A stretch of 64,000 nucleotides of DNA from Naegleria gruberi (lineage: Eukaryota): the NCBI GenBank assembly GCA_000004985.1, contig GG738852.1; one strand, written 5' to 3'. Made by a program: the position numbers and the translations under genes. Position 1 is the first letter of the stretch; every line of letters starts with the position of its first letter. The notes below the pieces were generated by a model. The model was not told the origin of the DNA. It did not search any database and saw only the letters and a list, made by a program, of their open reading frames with translations. Shown here piece by piece: positions 9,541 through 22,300 of the stretch.

Positions 9541-12500
9541 TCACAGCCCCTCTTCTTCCTTCTGTTTCATCTTTGCTTTGAGTTCCAGCAGCAACTTATT
9601 CTGTTTGATTGGAAGCTTGCCCAAAAAGCTAAACAAATCGTCATGTTTGATTGATAATTCAGCATTCAAAAATTGTATCACCTTAATTGTTTCTCTGTTG
9701 GAGAAGAACAAATCTATTGGAGCCTCATCTTGGTTCTTGTCATTCATATCTGACAGCACAATTGGACCCTCTATTGTATTTGAGTCTTCGATAACTTGCA
9801 GTATTAAACTGAAGAAGAGAGATTCTTTTGTGTGTTTTAGAGTTGGATTTTTGATGAGTTTGAATCTAAGGCGATTCAGAAAACCTATCAGGAGCTTGTT
9901 GGCCGATGAGGGTGCTTGGATAACCTCCAAAAACACTGTCAACCTCTTGTAAAAGAGTATTGTTTGATAAAATTTGGTTGTTTGCATATCCAATTTTCCT
10001 TTTGACTTGTCCCATAACGATTCTTGAGTTCTAGTCTTTTTGTGATTTCCAACCTTGTAGAGAGCTAATTTTTCCGAAGATTTCATCACCTTCTTGCTTA
10101 CTTTTGTCAGGTGTTCATTCGAACCTGCCACTACATTTCTATTCTCTGATCGATCATCTAGTTTTACCAGCAAATCATACTGAAGTTTTGTTTGAGTGGA
10201 AATAAAGTCCCTTCTCCATTGACCACTGCTTGTCTTTCTGAAGGTAACAGTTTTTGCTTCCTTCTTTTTTTTCAATGCATCCACCTTTCTTGGTGATAAA
10301 TCTTTGGTTTTGTAAAAAGTTTCCCCATTAATATCAACAGCTCCCTTTTTAATGAGGAAATTGGATCCATGTGGACCATCTCCATTTGGATCAAAACCAG
10401 GGGTTACACTGTGTGAAAACTTATTAACCTCTGACATTATGGATTTGAACTCTCCCTCAAATTGTTGTAACTTCTCGTCTAACATTTGCTCATGCTCTTC
10501 ATCAATCAACTGCTTGTTGAGGGCTGCACTATTGAGTTCGTCAACATTGATATTCGAAATATTCTTATATTGTATCCTAGATCTAATGCTATCTATAATA
10601 TGATCTACGTTAGAGGCAAACATATTTGTGTGTGACATTGATGTTGACACAAATGAGGCAGAATTATTTACAGAGATGGATTGATTATTAATAAGATTAT
10701 GGAGGGAGGCTGTACTTGAGTTGGATGAATTAGTTCCACTGCCTGGTGTGAGTGGAGTTAGGTTGTTAGATGATTTTTCTGGGACGTTGGCCACAAAAGT
10801 TGCAATCTTGATTGGAGGAAAAACACGTTCTAAATCTGCTGTTTGATAGTCAACTTCACAATCTTCAATATCAACAATTGTATGGTATCCATGATTGGAT
10901 TGAAGTGGAATTTCTTTAGCTTTCACTCGTTTCAATCTCTCCTCACTTTCTCCCAATTCTTCAGAAGGAAATTTAGCAACAATGCCACCAATACCGGATT
11001 GGGCTGCATGATTAACACCTGTAACGTAATCTCCCTTCTTTTTGTCTTGAGCTCCTGAAGCTCTTTTAATTGTGTCTATAAGTCCTAGTTTTGTTTTCTT
11101 ATTTCTCTCAGCAATGTCAACTTGTTCGTCTGTAATGAAAAGATCATACCCTCCTCCGCCACCACCACCAGGACCAATACTAGATGTTATGCTTCTTGCA
11201 CTGAGTGGAATTGCAATACTGATTACAGAGCTTTTGGTTGTGAGGGGTTTTTCATTGTTAGTTTGAACTTCAGTAATGAAAGTGCCTCCATTGTGTTCTT
11301 GAGTTAGAGAGTTACTCACTTGCTCTTGAACAAATTGTGAAATTGGTTTCAGTCGCTTTTTCTTTTTTCTCTCCCATAAATTGTTTTCCTTGGCATTCTC
11401 CTTGTTGAATGGCTGTTCCTCAGTCTGCCTTTTAAATACGACATGTTTTTCTGATTGATTTTCACTTTCAATTTTTGATTTCATTGGTGAACCTGTTGAT
11501 TTGGCTCTTTGTCTGATTTTTTTCATTGTTTGTTTCATGGTTTCAAAATCTTCATTCTTTTCAATAAGGTCCTTTTGATAGAGTAAATACTTGTTATAAA
11601 ATTCCTCAACTGGTTCTCCTCTGTTAAATAATTTGACATTATTTCCGTGAGTTACCATCATTGCCTTGTTTTTTCCTCTTGACACATGCTCAAATTTCCA
11701 TAATTCCTGTTCCAATTTTTGATAATAGTCACTTGTCACTTGACCTTCCAGACTTTCAGAATTAAGCAATTCTGTTGAGTGTCTCAAAATCAAATGTTCA
11801 GCATTCGCTTGTTTATCATTCTTGTAAGTTCCGTATGGAACAGCATCCTCACCTATTGGAGGATGAATAAAGCCAGGAATACCTAGTAAATTGATATTAT
11901 CAGCTGGATTTTCCTTCTTGTTTTTCTTATTTTTTGAGCTAGTTTTAGAAGGAACACCCGTGTCAACAATTAAATCTGCAGATGTAATATTAACACGAGC
12001 AGAATTGAGAACGTGTTCATCATCATCCTCGTCATGTACTGCAGGGTTGTTTCTCCTCGAGTAAGTTGCTCCTGCTGTTTGAGGTCTTGGTTTTGACTTT
12101 TTAGAATCATTGCCTGCATTGTTACCAATTACTCTATGATTCTTCTCTTGCATTGTCTTAATGTACAAATCATTGACTGTTTGAGGGTAGTGATTTTGAA
12201 GGGATGGAACAACATATTCCAGTTTGGGAGTTGAACTAGTGGGTGTCTTTTCTACACCTGCTGGATTGAAAACAGACTCTCTCCTTTTCAAAACAAATCC
12301 CCCATTTCCAACTAATGACCTGGCACTCTTTGGACTTTTTGTCAAGTCAATTCCTCTCATTGTTTCGTTTGTATCCACTGTAGGAGGTGTTGTTGTTACA
12401 GTATTAATAATTTCTGATAATCCCTGAGCTTTGGGTACCTCCTTTGCAATATCAATTTGAATACTCGGAATATCAAATGCAGTAATTTGCATATTACTAG

Positions 12501-12870
12501 TTGACACTCTTTTAAGTAAGGGTCCTCTCTTTTGTGATGGCAGGCCTTCCGATTGAATGAGAGGTGGTGGAGTGAATAACGAAGATCCAGTCGTGGCTGA
12601 TGAATTTTGTTTAGCATTATTAAAGTTTTCCATTGCATTCCGAAGAGCAGAGCTCCTGTGTGGTGCCGAAAATTGATCGTTTTTATGATGATTATCGGTA
12701 TCCAATAGTGATGGAGTACTACTATGACTGTTATTACCAATGAGGGGACTTTTCCTTCCAACTGATAAAGAACCTCCATTACTACCAGTCCTATGAAAAG
12801 GGCTCCTACCCATTGTGGCCCTCTGTTCCAGAGTAGCAGAAGTGATGGTTAGGCCAACAAAACCATCCAT
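9541..12870 (-). CDS. Large (1109 aa) hypothetical protein, mostly Ser/Asn/Thr-rich and disordered, with a Gly9 run and a structured, conserved-looking C-terminal ~150 aa. Single exon.
   Basis: An uninterrupted 3.3-kb ORF with ATG at 12870 and stop TAA. No recognisable catalytic motif. The C-terminal block is FYQTILFYKRLTVFLEVIQAPSSANKLLIGFLNRLRFKLIK... Confidence 0.6.
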   Translation of the reverse strand: MDGFVGLTITSATLEQRATMGRSPFHRTGSNGGSLSVGRKSPLIGNNSHSSTPSLLDTDNHHKNDQFSAPHRSSALRNAMENFNNAKQNSSATTGSSLFTPPPLIQSEGLPSQKRGPLLKRVSTSNMQITAFDIPSIQIDIAKEVPKAQGLSEIINTVTTTPPTVDTNETMRGIDLTKSPKSARSLVGNGGFVLKRRESVFNPAGVEKTPTSSTPKLEYVVPSLQNHYPQTVNDLYIKTMQEKNHRVIGNNAGNDSKKSKPRPQTAGATYSRRNNPAVHDEDDDEHVLNSARVNITSADLIVDTGVPSKTSSKNKKNKKENPADNINLLGIPGFIHPPIGEDAVPYGTYKNDKQANAEHLILRHSTELLNSESLEGQVTSDYYQKLEQELWKFEHVSRGKNKAMMVTHGNNVKLFNRGEPVEEFYNKYLLYQKDLIEKNEDFETMKQTMKKIRQRAKSTGSPMKSKIESENQSEKHVVFKRQTEEQPFNKENAKENNLWERKKKKRLKPISQFVQEQVSNSLTQEHNGGTFITEVQTNNEKPLTTKSSVISIAIPLSARSITSSIGPGGGGGGGYDLFITDEQVDIAERNKKTKLGLIDTIKRASGAQDKKKGDYVTGVNHAAQSGIGGIVAKFPSEELGESEERLKRVKAKEIPLQSNHGYHTIVDIEDCEVDYQTADLERVFPPIKIATFVANVPEKSSNNLTPLTPGSGTNSSNSSTASLHNLINNQSISVNNSASFVSTSMSHTNMFASNVDHIIDSIRSRIQYKNISNINVDELNSAALNKQLIDEEHEQMLDEKLQQFEGEFKSIMSEVNKFSHSVTPGFDPNGDGPHGSNFLIKKGAVDINGETFYKTKDLSPRKVDALKKKKEAKTVTFRKTSSGQWRRDFISTQTKLQYDLLVKLDDRSENRNVVAGSNEHLTKVSKKVMKSSEKLALYKVGNHKKTRTQESLWDKSKGKLDMQTTKFYQTILFYKRLTVFLEVIQAPSSANKLLIGFLNRLRFKLIKNPTLKHTKESLFFSLILQVIEDSNTIEGPIVLSDMNDKNQDEAPIDLFFSNRETIKVIQFLNAELSIKHDDLFSFLGKLPIKQNKLLLELKAKMKQKEEEGL

Positions 12871-13046
12871 TTTATTTTAAAAGCCATTTAAATGGCGCCA
12901 AAACAATACAGATGTGTTTGGAGGGAGATGTTACAAAAATGAGTTAATTTGAAAACTCTGGCTTTGGAACTCGAACAGACAACATCAAGGATGTAGTGAC
13001 ATGATATTTATTTACACAAATTATTTTCAATTAATTAAAACACAAC

Positions 13047-13472
13047 TTAGATGCCCTTAAGACTTTCTAGATCTTTTAACAGATTACCAATTTCAGTTTC
13101 ATCAAACGCTTTCAAGCTAGGAATAAGGGTGGCAGCTTCTTCTGCATCACCTGGCATCAAGTTGGCCAATTGAGCAATTTGGAAAGGTTGGAGCTTTCTT
13201 CTTTCTTGTGAATCTTTAAGTGTCACTGTAGCTCTTCCGAGAGCAGATTTAATTGCCATTGTTGTTTCAACAGATAATCCACCTCCAAATCTTCTGGCAT
13301 AGGTTAAACTCTTATCGAAAACATCGTTAATATAATCTGTTTGTTCTTGTTCCACTTCTTCCTTTTTTTTAGAGAGCATTTGAGCAACTTCGGATATTGT
13401 TAAACATTGTCTATCTTTGAAATCACCCAACTCTAAACGTTCAGAAACTTCTTGTTCATCTACAATTGACAT
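13047..13472 (-). CDS. RPB4: RNA polymerase II subunit Rpb4
   Basis: A 141-aa protein. SLTYARRFGG...RKLQPFQIAQLANLMPGDAEEAATLIPSL aligns closely with human/yeast RPB4 ([24 protein letters not shown]). Confidence 0.8.
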   Translation of the reverse strand: MSIVDEQEVSERLELGDFKDRQCLTISEVAQMLSKKKEEVEQEQTDYINDVFDKSLTYARRFGGGLSVETTMAIKSALGRATVTLKDSQERRKLQPFQIAQLANLMPGDAEEAATLIPSLKAFDETEIGNLLKDLESLKGI

Positions 13473-14016
13473 TATATTGTTGTTGTTCCTAGTTAATCCA
13501 ATAAATTATTAATATTCCTCGTTTTCCACTAATATGATGGAAGGTGTATGTTAATGATGAATATTTTTTTTTAAAGATGATCACTAGAATATTTTTAATT
13601 GTGATGGTTAGCGTAACGGTTGAAGTTCCGGATGAAGATGATGAAATTTACTTGTTATTTTCTCATGTATTGTATTTTGATTTTATCATACTTCTGCCAA
13701 CCACATGTAATAACTTGCAAGGGTATGAATGATTGTTAGGAGTTTTGATATTCCAGCTGAAGCAACTTCTTCAGTATTATAAAAAAAATACCCTCCAACA
13801 ACAATCGTCTTCTATTGAATATCTTTTACAGCTCTCCATCAAACACAAGAACGTTATTTGAACGGATTGTGTTTTAGAGTAGTAGTAGTAGTAACAATTA
13901 ATAGAATTTCAATTTCCAAAATAATCGGAAACAACAAGGGATTTTTAATCGGATTTATTTGATCATCACACAATTTAAATAATAATAACAATAATTTAAA
14001 TAATTTCGAAAATAGA

Positions 14017-16589
14017 ATGAGAAATATTAGGCAGAGGAAAATAGATCCCAACAAGCCAATGCCTGTTGTTATCTTTTATTCTCTACTCAACACATATTGT
14101 AATGCTTCCTCGAAATCATCAACAACGAGCACGGCTCAAGAATCGGCATCATCAACTTGTTTATCAACAACACCCACTTCCGAGCTATTGGAAACAATGA
14201 TGACCAAATTGAAGAAAACAAATGGGTATAAAAACATTGAGAATCACTATAGGAATATATCCCAACGATTATCAATGTCTGATTTAGATGAGATGAAATT
14301 AATTATGAAAGAATCTGGTCTTGACGAAGAAACATTGAAGGTATGTTCCATCTTATAACATTGATTATTGAGAATCCGTAAAAGTCTATTCGACATGCTC
14401 AAGAAATTGCTGATGATCAGGCAAATAATTATACCTATGACCATACACTTGATAGCGATGCTCATGAGGATGGCCATCACAGTAGTGGCAGTAGAGGAGG
14501 ATTAGGAAATTCGAGAAGAGGTGGAAGTGGAGCCATTAAACAATCATCTCATCAACAATCCGAACCACAACATGGTGCAACAGAAAGTGTAATTTTTACA
14601 CCATTTGTAAATATTATTGACATTGACAATATGGAATTATCAGATTTTGAAAATGGAATAACGCCCTCATCCTCAAATAGTTCTGTGAGGTCTCAATTTT
14701 TGGATACAAAAGAAAAGAAGAGACGACGAAATGCAGAACAAAGAACTAGTAGAAAAAAAGTTAAATATCAGCCACCACCTCAATACATACATTTCCATGA
14801 AAAAACAACACAGGTTGTTGAACCTGAAAAGATAATTTACGATATGGAAGATGACGATTTTGAGTGGCTTTCTAATTTTCAAACAAAATATTTGGAAGAA
14901 TATGAAATGTGCATTTGTAATAATTCAAATTTGGACCTACTTTTACAACGTTGGAAAGTCACCCAAAAGGATAATCTTCCTACTCCAAGTCAAGTATTGC
15001 ATTTATTTGATGAAGATTTTATTGAAGAATCAATAGATAGATTTGAAAAGACGACATCTTTTTCCAATGAGCTATGCTCATTCAAGAGTGCTATTAACAA
15101 GTTTCCTTCACTAGGTAGATTATTTTTTGATATTGAAATTTTTACTCAAGAGACTAAGAATGAAACAAAAGGCTCATCAAAGAAGAGTTCTGCAGAAAAA
15201 CTTTCACGAAATAATCGATTTCTCCACTCCTCTATACCCATTATTACCACTACACATCGAGTTGATGACTCTGACAGATACAAATTTAATCTGTTCAATC
15301 AATCAATTACTTGTAATAGTTTAATACCTCCTTCAAACTCACAAAATCCTTCACAACTAGAAAAGAGTACCAACTCTCTAGGAAATTCTAAGTCCCCAAG
15401 TAGTAGCACTAATGGCTACAACAATTTAACAACTTCCCTTTTTCCCTCCCAACCACAATGTACAAATAATATTATCAACAACAGAGAAAATAATTCTGAA
15501 AAAGTACTACCAACTCAATTCCTATACGAAATTTATTTATTTTGGAGATCAAAACGATTATCTAGAAGAGTAACCAACACTGACAAACAACTCTATCCTT
15601 ATTGTGGTAAACCACTGCTTGTAGATTTTGAAAAAGAGCCAGATATTAATGATCAAAGTCCTCATGCTGCTTTCAGACTTAGAGAATTACCAAAGAAACA
15701 AACAGAAGAAATACAAAATGATGAAGCCTCCCTGTACAAATTAAGAAAATTGAAAAAAGAACTTTCCATGTTGAAAGATATAATGACCAAAGTTAATGAA
15801 AGAGAATCTAAGAAATTGGACTATGTCAAATTGACCCGAGATATTTTGCTGTTTGAGCAAAATAAAATACCAGAGGCACCAATACCTGATCCTTCCAGTG
15901 CCACCAATGAGGATACATCCATTATAATAACACAACAAACGGAAAATGAACAACAACAGCAAGCCACCGAAACAATAGTAGAAAAGCCTTACTATGAACC
16001 AATATCAGAAGAGGCTTGGAGCGAGCAATTTAGTCAAGACGAATCTGGTTTTACAACAATGAATTTACTTCACTTTATGGAAATTTTAAAGAAAAATAAT
16101 AGACCATTCTTTCCATTCTTGCTACAATATGTTAAAAAGACAAGAAGTTTTGAAGGAGACGAAGTCATTCCAGAACAATTCAACACCATGCTTCCAAAAT
16201 ATGTGCCTGGTAGTGAATATAATGTGAGTTTATCAGCAAGAAAAAATTCAGTCCTTTTTGATACAGAATCTTTGAATCAGGATGAGTTGACAAGAAACGA
16301 AATGAGAATGGACTATACAATTGATAACTTGTTGAATGACGAGATCGAGACACAAAAAAAGTTGTTTGAGGCAGCTGAAAATAATAATGGAACTTGTTCA
16401 ACGGAAATGCTATTAAGCATGTTGGATGAGGATGAAAAGGAAGCTCCTCCTAAACAAGAGCCTATTGGTCCAATTGTTGAAGTTCAACTGAGCGAATTTG
16501 AAGAGAAATCGTCAAATCCCAATGAAAATATTACTTCCATTCAATTTCCAAAAACAAATGAGAATAGTTTTGTGTATGGTGAAGAATAA
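14017..16589 (+). CDS. Enhancer-of-polycomb-like protein (EPC/Epl1, NuA4 HAT complex subunit). Exon 1 is 14017..14340, a 44-nt intron (GTATGT...GTAAAAG) spans 14341..14384, and exon 2 is 14385..16589.
   Basis: Exon 1 begins MRNIRQRKIDPNKPMPVVIF, the EPcA N-terminal motif R.R.LD..KPLPVF. Exon 2 carries ..VIFTPF.. and YDMEDDDFEWLSNFQ, the conserved YD(M/L)DxxDexWL block of the EPC-N domain. The track ORF 14017..14358 and the 14631 ORF are joined in phase 0 by the intron. Confidence 0.75.
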
Positions 16590-16719
16590 ATGATATTGTT
16601 TTTGCACACGAAAAGGTAAAATCAATTTCATTTATTATGACTTCGTTAGATTTGCTCCAACTAGACCCATAAAATTTTACACGTACGACTTTTTGGCTTG
16701 TTACCATACTAATAAATCT

Positions 16720-19276
16720 TTAAGGGTAGAATTTAACTGAATTTTTCTTTTCAAAGAACCAAGGAGAAACAAGTTCATTGTAAGTTTCACATCTTGATTC
16801 CTCTTCTTGTTTGTCGTCTTGTGTATAGAAGGAATTTGTTTGTGCATAAGCAGAAGGCTTAACAGGGTGTTTAGGGTTAAAGGTGGCTAGACGAGATCCC
16901 TGAGCGGTTAGCAAACAACAATCTCCTTTTGAAATGGAATGACCATATTCACTTGTCTTATAGAATCTAGCTCGACAGAATGAAAAGTAGATTCCTGCAG
17001 ATTTGAATTTTTCATTAAATAACGTTTGGTAAACTTGAAGTTCAGCAAGTTCTTGTTTTGAAATTCCTGAAATTGATAAACCCACATCATCTAAAAGTTG
17101 ACCAACTGGCATTGTTAATAATTTTTCCATTGTATGAATATTGAGAGTAGCACAACATCTCTTAAAACAAAAATTCTCAAAAAGACCTTCATGAAGAACA
17201 GCTGAACTACCTTTTGGTTTGGCAAGATTCATTTTTACAAAGAGTGATGCCAACTTGGTATCTTTGAGTGTTGAGTTTAGAGGATTACGGGTAGGAAGAG
17301 AAGTCATCGAAATTGATTTCATACCATTTGTATAGATATTCAGTATATTCTTGGAGCTATCAGATATTATCATGATAGCTAGAAGTCTGCTGAGCTCTCT
17401 TTCATCCCCCATAATATAGTGACGAAGATGAATAGATGCTTGCTTGTTAGTGGTAAAATCATTACGTTGAGTCCATCTATTTCTGGAGGGATCATTGCAT
17501 GATACTCTTCGTGTATAAAATATGTTTGTTGGTACAGCTAGATCCAAAACAAGTAAAGATAGTGGATTTGGCATAATCTTGGAATCAATACCATCAACTT
17601 TTTGGAAATGTATACCAGTAATTTGTTTGAAATTAATTTCCATCGCTAAAACAATACTATTTTTAAGTCTTTCAAACTCTCTAAACATTAAACCTTTCAA
17701 TCCAGCCTCAGTCAAGGCAGATTTCAATACAGGGAAATATGTTAATCTTTCTTGTTCAGATTGGAAGTTGTTTTGGTAAAGTGGTGAATAAGTATAGAAT
17801 GTGTATATGAGGGCATGTCTATATGGATTAACCTTGATACGGAATTGACCATCATACGAAGGATCAGGAGACCAATTTCCAACTATTGAAATTCAGTAAT
17901 AATCAACAAGTAGTACTTACTGGTTATTCTCTTAATTCTAGCACCATCTGTCTTGTACTCTCTCATTCTTTCTAATTCTGTTTCGTCAGTGATGCCCCTA
18001 GTTTCAGGGTCTGTTGGATCAACATCAAATTCACGATCTTCAGAGAAATTATTTGTATCGAAATATAAACTATCAAGTGGCTTTCCAGATTTTTCCAAAT
18101 GTTCCTTTTTTTGCTTTTTTGATATTATTGTTGCCTTGGCACTATTAAGCACATCTGCACGTTTTGTGACCCATTCAGAAGTTGGTTGTTGACTCTTAGG
18201 AATAAACTTTTTCTCAACAAATTGTTGTAGAAATTCATTACTTGGATGAATTTCATAAGCACTGAGATACTTCAAATATCCAGGAGTGGAGGGTCTAATA
18301 TTAAATTTTGGATTATTAGCGGTTCTTCTCAGTTCCTGAAGCAACATCATCTTCCTCACATCGGTAAGGAGTGGTCTCAATGCATTGAGTAAGGTACGAT
18401 AGTAAATTGAATCTTCATTCGAACAAGGATCACATGATAAGATTACACATACTGTTTTCAAAACTGACTCCATAGCTTCTTCTTGCATCGTTTCAAAGAA
18501 GCCCTCAACTACATCAGTTTGTAAAAACTCTTTGGCCTTTTTTTCTTCTGATTCAGTAATGTCCTCAATTACCACTCCACGGTTTTTGATTTGTTTGGCA
18601 TCTTTAGCTTGCTTTTTTGCTTTGAGCTTTTTCTCCTTCAATTCTTTGGATACAAGACCAAAAACTCTGCCAAATGGTGACTTGTCACCAGTATAAATTT
18701 CAACATCCTCCTCATTGTCTTCTTCTTCATCCTCATCCTCATCTTCCTCATCTTCATCATCATGCACTTCCTCTCCACAACATGGACAAACTCTGCCACC
18801 ACTTGAAGGAGGAATCACCCCCATGTCCATTAACATTTGTTGAAGGAGCATCTTTTTCATTAGATCTTCATCATCCTCATCATAATATTCGTCATCATCC
18901 TCATCAGTGTAGTATTCATCATCATCATCATCCTCATAATCATCATCGTCGTATTCATCATCATCATCGTCTTCATCCGATTGGAATTTTGGAACAATTC
19001 TTGAACCTTCACCACCTGTAAAATTAAAACTTGGTGTAATATTTGCATTATTCAAATTTCCTAATGAGAAATCAAAGAGTGGTTTCTTTCCGTTGTTGTT
19101 ATTATTGTTATTTGCTCCAAATACAAAACTTGCACTCTTTTGTTGATTATTATTGGTGGATGTAGTTGATGATGGTGTGGTTGTTGTGTTACTACTGTAT
19201 TACTTGCAGGCTTAGAACTGTTAGCAGCCTTTTTTCCTCCACCCGATGAATTGTGAGTCTTTTTGTTCTTGCCCAT
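16720..19276 (-). CDS. Hypothetical protein with N-terminal FG-like repeats (SFVFG, LFDFSLG, SFNFTGG), a long Asp/Glu tract, a CPCC motif and a ~400-aa conserved-looking C-terminal domain. Three exons: 19196..19276, 17921..19136 and 16720..17882. Introns are 59 nt (GTAGTA...AAAAG) and 38 nt (GTAAGT...CAATAG).
   Basis: The track ORFs 19061..19276, 17883..19055 and 16720..17727 are joined in frame once the two introns are removed. The second junction reads ..RIKRIT|IGNWSPDPSYDGQFRIKVNPY.. and the read-through alternative ends 14 codons later in a stop. The first intron uses a weaker donor (GTAGTA). Confidence 0.5.
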
Positions 19277-19349
19277 TTTTTTAAGTTTTCCATTACCAGC
19301 AAGAACAAAATATCATGATGGAAATTGGCCAAACATTTTCTGAAAGAAT

Positions 19350-22300
19350 TTATTGTTGGGAAGTGGAGGATGTTGTTTTTGTTTGTTGTTTTTGTTGTTG
19401 TTCAGATGTAGCCTCATCCATAGAGTCAACCATGACATCAACCAGATCACGAGTAACCTTGTCTCTTGAGATAACTTGGAATTGATTCTTCTTGAAATAT
19501 TCCTTACCTCCAATAATGACACGTTTGAGACCTTGGAGACTAGGATCAAGTGGTTCTTCATTTCTCACATTATTTCTCTTAAAGGTCACATATTCGAAAG
19601 CTCTTGGTGCATTTTCCTTTAACAAACCAACAGATTTGATCTTTTTGTTTTCTTCAGTTTGATTGAGAAGAGATTCGGTCAATTCAGTCATGAGTACTTC
19701 TCTTGCTTGTTCGGCTGCTTCCTTATCAAATCTTAATGGATATCTATTGGCTAACCACAGGTAGAGATCAATCATTCTATGGTAAAATTCAATATTCTTC
19801 AATGCTTCTTGTAAATAAACACTGACACTATTGACAAATCCTTGTTCGGTGACTTTAGCCTTTTCCCTAATCTTGTCAAGAATTCTCAAAATATTTTCCA
19901 TATCAATATTTAAAGGAACGGCGGCAATGTTTGGATTTGAAAAGTCTTCAACATAGCGAATGTGCATTTCTTTAGCTCTGTCAAATCCTGGAACTGGAGC
20001 ATTGACAAAGTCAAACTTTTGTTTCAATGTCAATTTTGGACCAGCATCATCGATGGAAGTGGCCAAGTCCAAAACCTGTTGAACATCACAGAAGAAAAAG
20101 TCCTTATGAATTCTACTGAGAGCAAAGAATTTTTCTAAAACTTCATAGAGAGAAATTCCACTTCCTTCTGGGTTGTTGGCGAGTTCCTTAGCCTTATAGA
20201 CCTTGGAGAATGATTCAACTTGGTCCCATTCTGGGAACAAACCAGCTTTGGTGATTTCTTCATTTGGAATATTCATACATTGATGAAGATATTGTAAGTC
20301 ATTTTCATAGAAGGTAGTTACTTGACCAATTTCATGGAATCCTCTTCTACCAGCTCTACCTGCAATTTGTTTGACAAGCGAAACGTCAAGTGGAGCAACA
20401 CCTCCCTTTGAATAGTCATACTTGGTCATTCTATAGAAGACCACTCGCTTAATATTCAAGTTAAGACCCATACCAACAGCATCACTTGCTACAAGAACAG
20501 TGAAATCTCTTTGACCTCCGTTCTCTTCAGGATCTTGATTGCCACTGTCATTGAAAAGTTCAGCTTGCTCTGTTCTTACTTCTGGTGGGAGTGCTCCATA
20601 AATTACACAACATCTAATACCAGTATTAATTTCAATCATCTTTTTGATTTCATAAATTTCATTTCTAGAAAAGGTTACGATACAATCAAAATCTTTGATA
20701 TTTTGTACACTTCCTTGAAGAGATTCTGAGCTAATTTCTAGTGGTTTCATTCTTGTGTATGGAATAACATCGATGCTATCAGCAATTCCAGACTTGGTAT
20801 ATTGTAATAACTTGTTTGCAGCAACAGGTTGATGGTAGTGATAGAGATTTTGATTTGAATCTACATTATCACTCTCACTTGTTGGGTCATAGTTTGGATT
20901 TTCACTTTCTACAACTTCAATTTCAGCATCTAATTTGTTATCGCCACCGAAAATCAAATTCTTTACAATAGTCAATGCACTACCATCACCACAAATGTGA
21001 ATTTCTCTAGCTTGCAAGCCAAGTAATGCTCTGGTCCAAGCAGCTCCTCTCTGATTATCAGAAATCATTTGAATTTCATCCACAACAGCCACATCATAGA
21101 CTTCATTCAAATCTGCCATTTCAATAGTACAAGCCACATGATTTGCGCCTGGTATGATTCTTCTTTCTTGGCCGGTCATTAAATTACACTTGCAACCATA
21201 TTGAGTATTCATTTTAGTAAAGACCTCTTGAGCCAAAAGTCTCAATGGACCACAATAGACACCATTCTCTGATTGGGACAATCTTGTTAACGCAGCATGG
21301 GTTTTACCTGAATTGGTTGGACCCATGTGATAGATAATCTTTCTTCCAAATGGAATTGACTTTTTGTAATAATTGAAAGGATTGGTCATATCACAAGTTT
21401 TCAAAGCTTCTGTATATAAATGATAATCCTCTGGATACCTCTGTTGAACAAAAGTATTAAACCATACTGAAACTTCATTTGAAAAGTTGGAGTGTGAAAG
21501 GGCCATGTCTGTTATTGCTGAAAAGTCATAGAATAAAAAGTCGCTCACATTGGAAAAGAGAGATTCGTCCTTCTTATCCGAAACATTGGATTGAATGATA
21601 TTTTCTGGATGGAATGCCAAAATATCTTCGACAAGAGCTGCAAAATCTGGATCATTATTAGATCTTACAACAATTTCACTACAGAAAATTTCAAAAATCA
21701 ATTCATAGTGAATAGATTTACACTTGGATTTGAAATTCAAATTATTCTTAACATGATTAAGCATGAAAGATTTAAACCTTTCAACTGTTTCTGCATTAAT
21801 AACAGTTGTTACAAGAGTTTGTTCAGTATTTTTCTTGAAATCTAAATTTTCTGGACATTTAGCGGAAACTGTAGGATAGCTCCAATCCTTATACTTGTTC
21901 TCTGAGAAATTATTTTGTTGATTATTCTTATTGTGAACGGAAGGCCTAGATTTTGATAAAAGTCTATTAACCATAGAATTGACTTCATTCTCTACAGAAT
22001 TGTCAACAGGTCGGGAAATGTCAAAATTATTTCTTCTTTGATTAAATTGTTTAGAGTTGTTAAATCTATCATTTCTATTACTATTGTTGTTATTGTTGTA
22101 ATTATTATCATTTCTATTATTGCTATTATAGTTATTACGTTGTCTTCTATTATTGTTATCATTTCTTCTCTTTGTGGTTGAAGAATCTTCATCAAAATAT
22201 TTGAAATTATCATTGGTGTCCCTCTTTTTGTAAGAATCATTGTTGTGAGGATTGTGGGAATAGTGATGTTGATTCTTATTGTTGTTAAAGGATTTTTTAT

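Noticed and set aside
18674-19021. 115-aa His-rich ORF on the plus strand (HPHPHLPHLHHH...)
   Set aside because: It is the antisense reading of the Asp/Glu-codon tract (GAT/GAA repeats) of the minus-strand acidic protein gene, so it is a compositional artefact.
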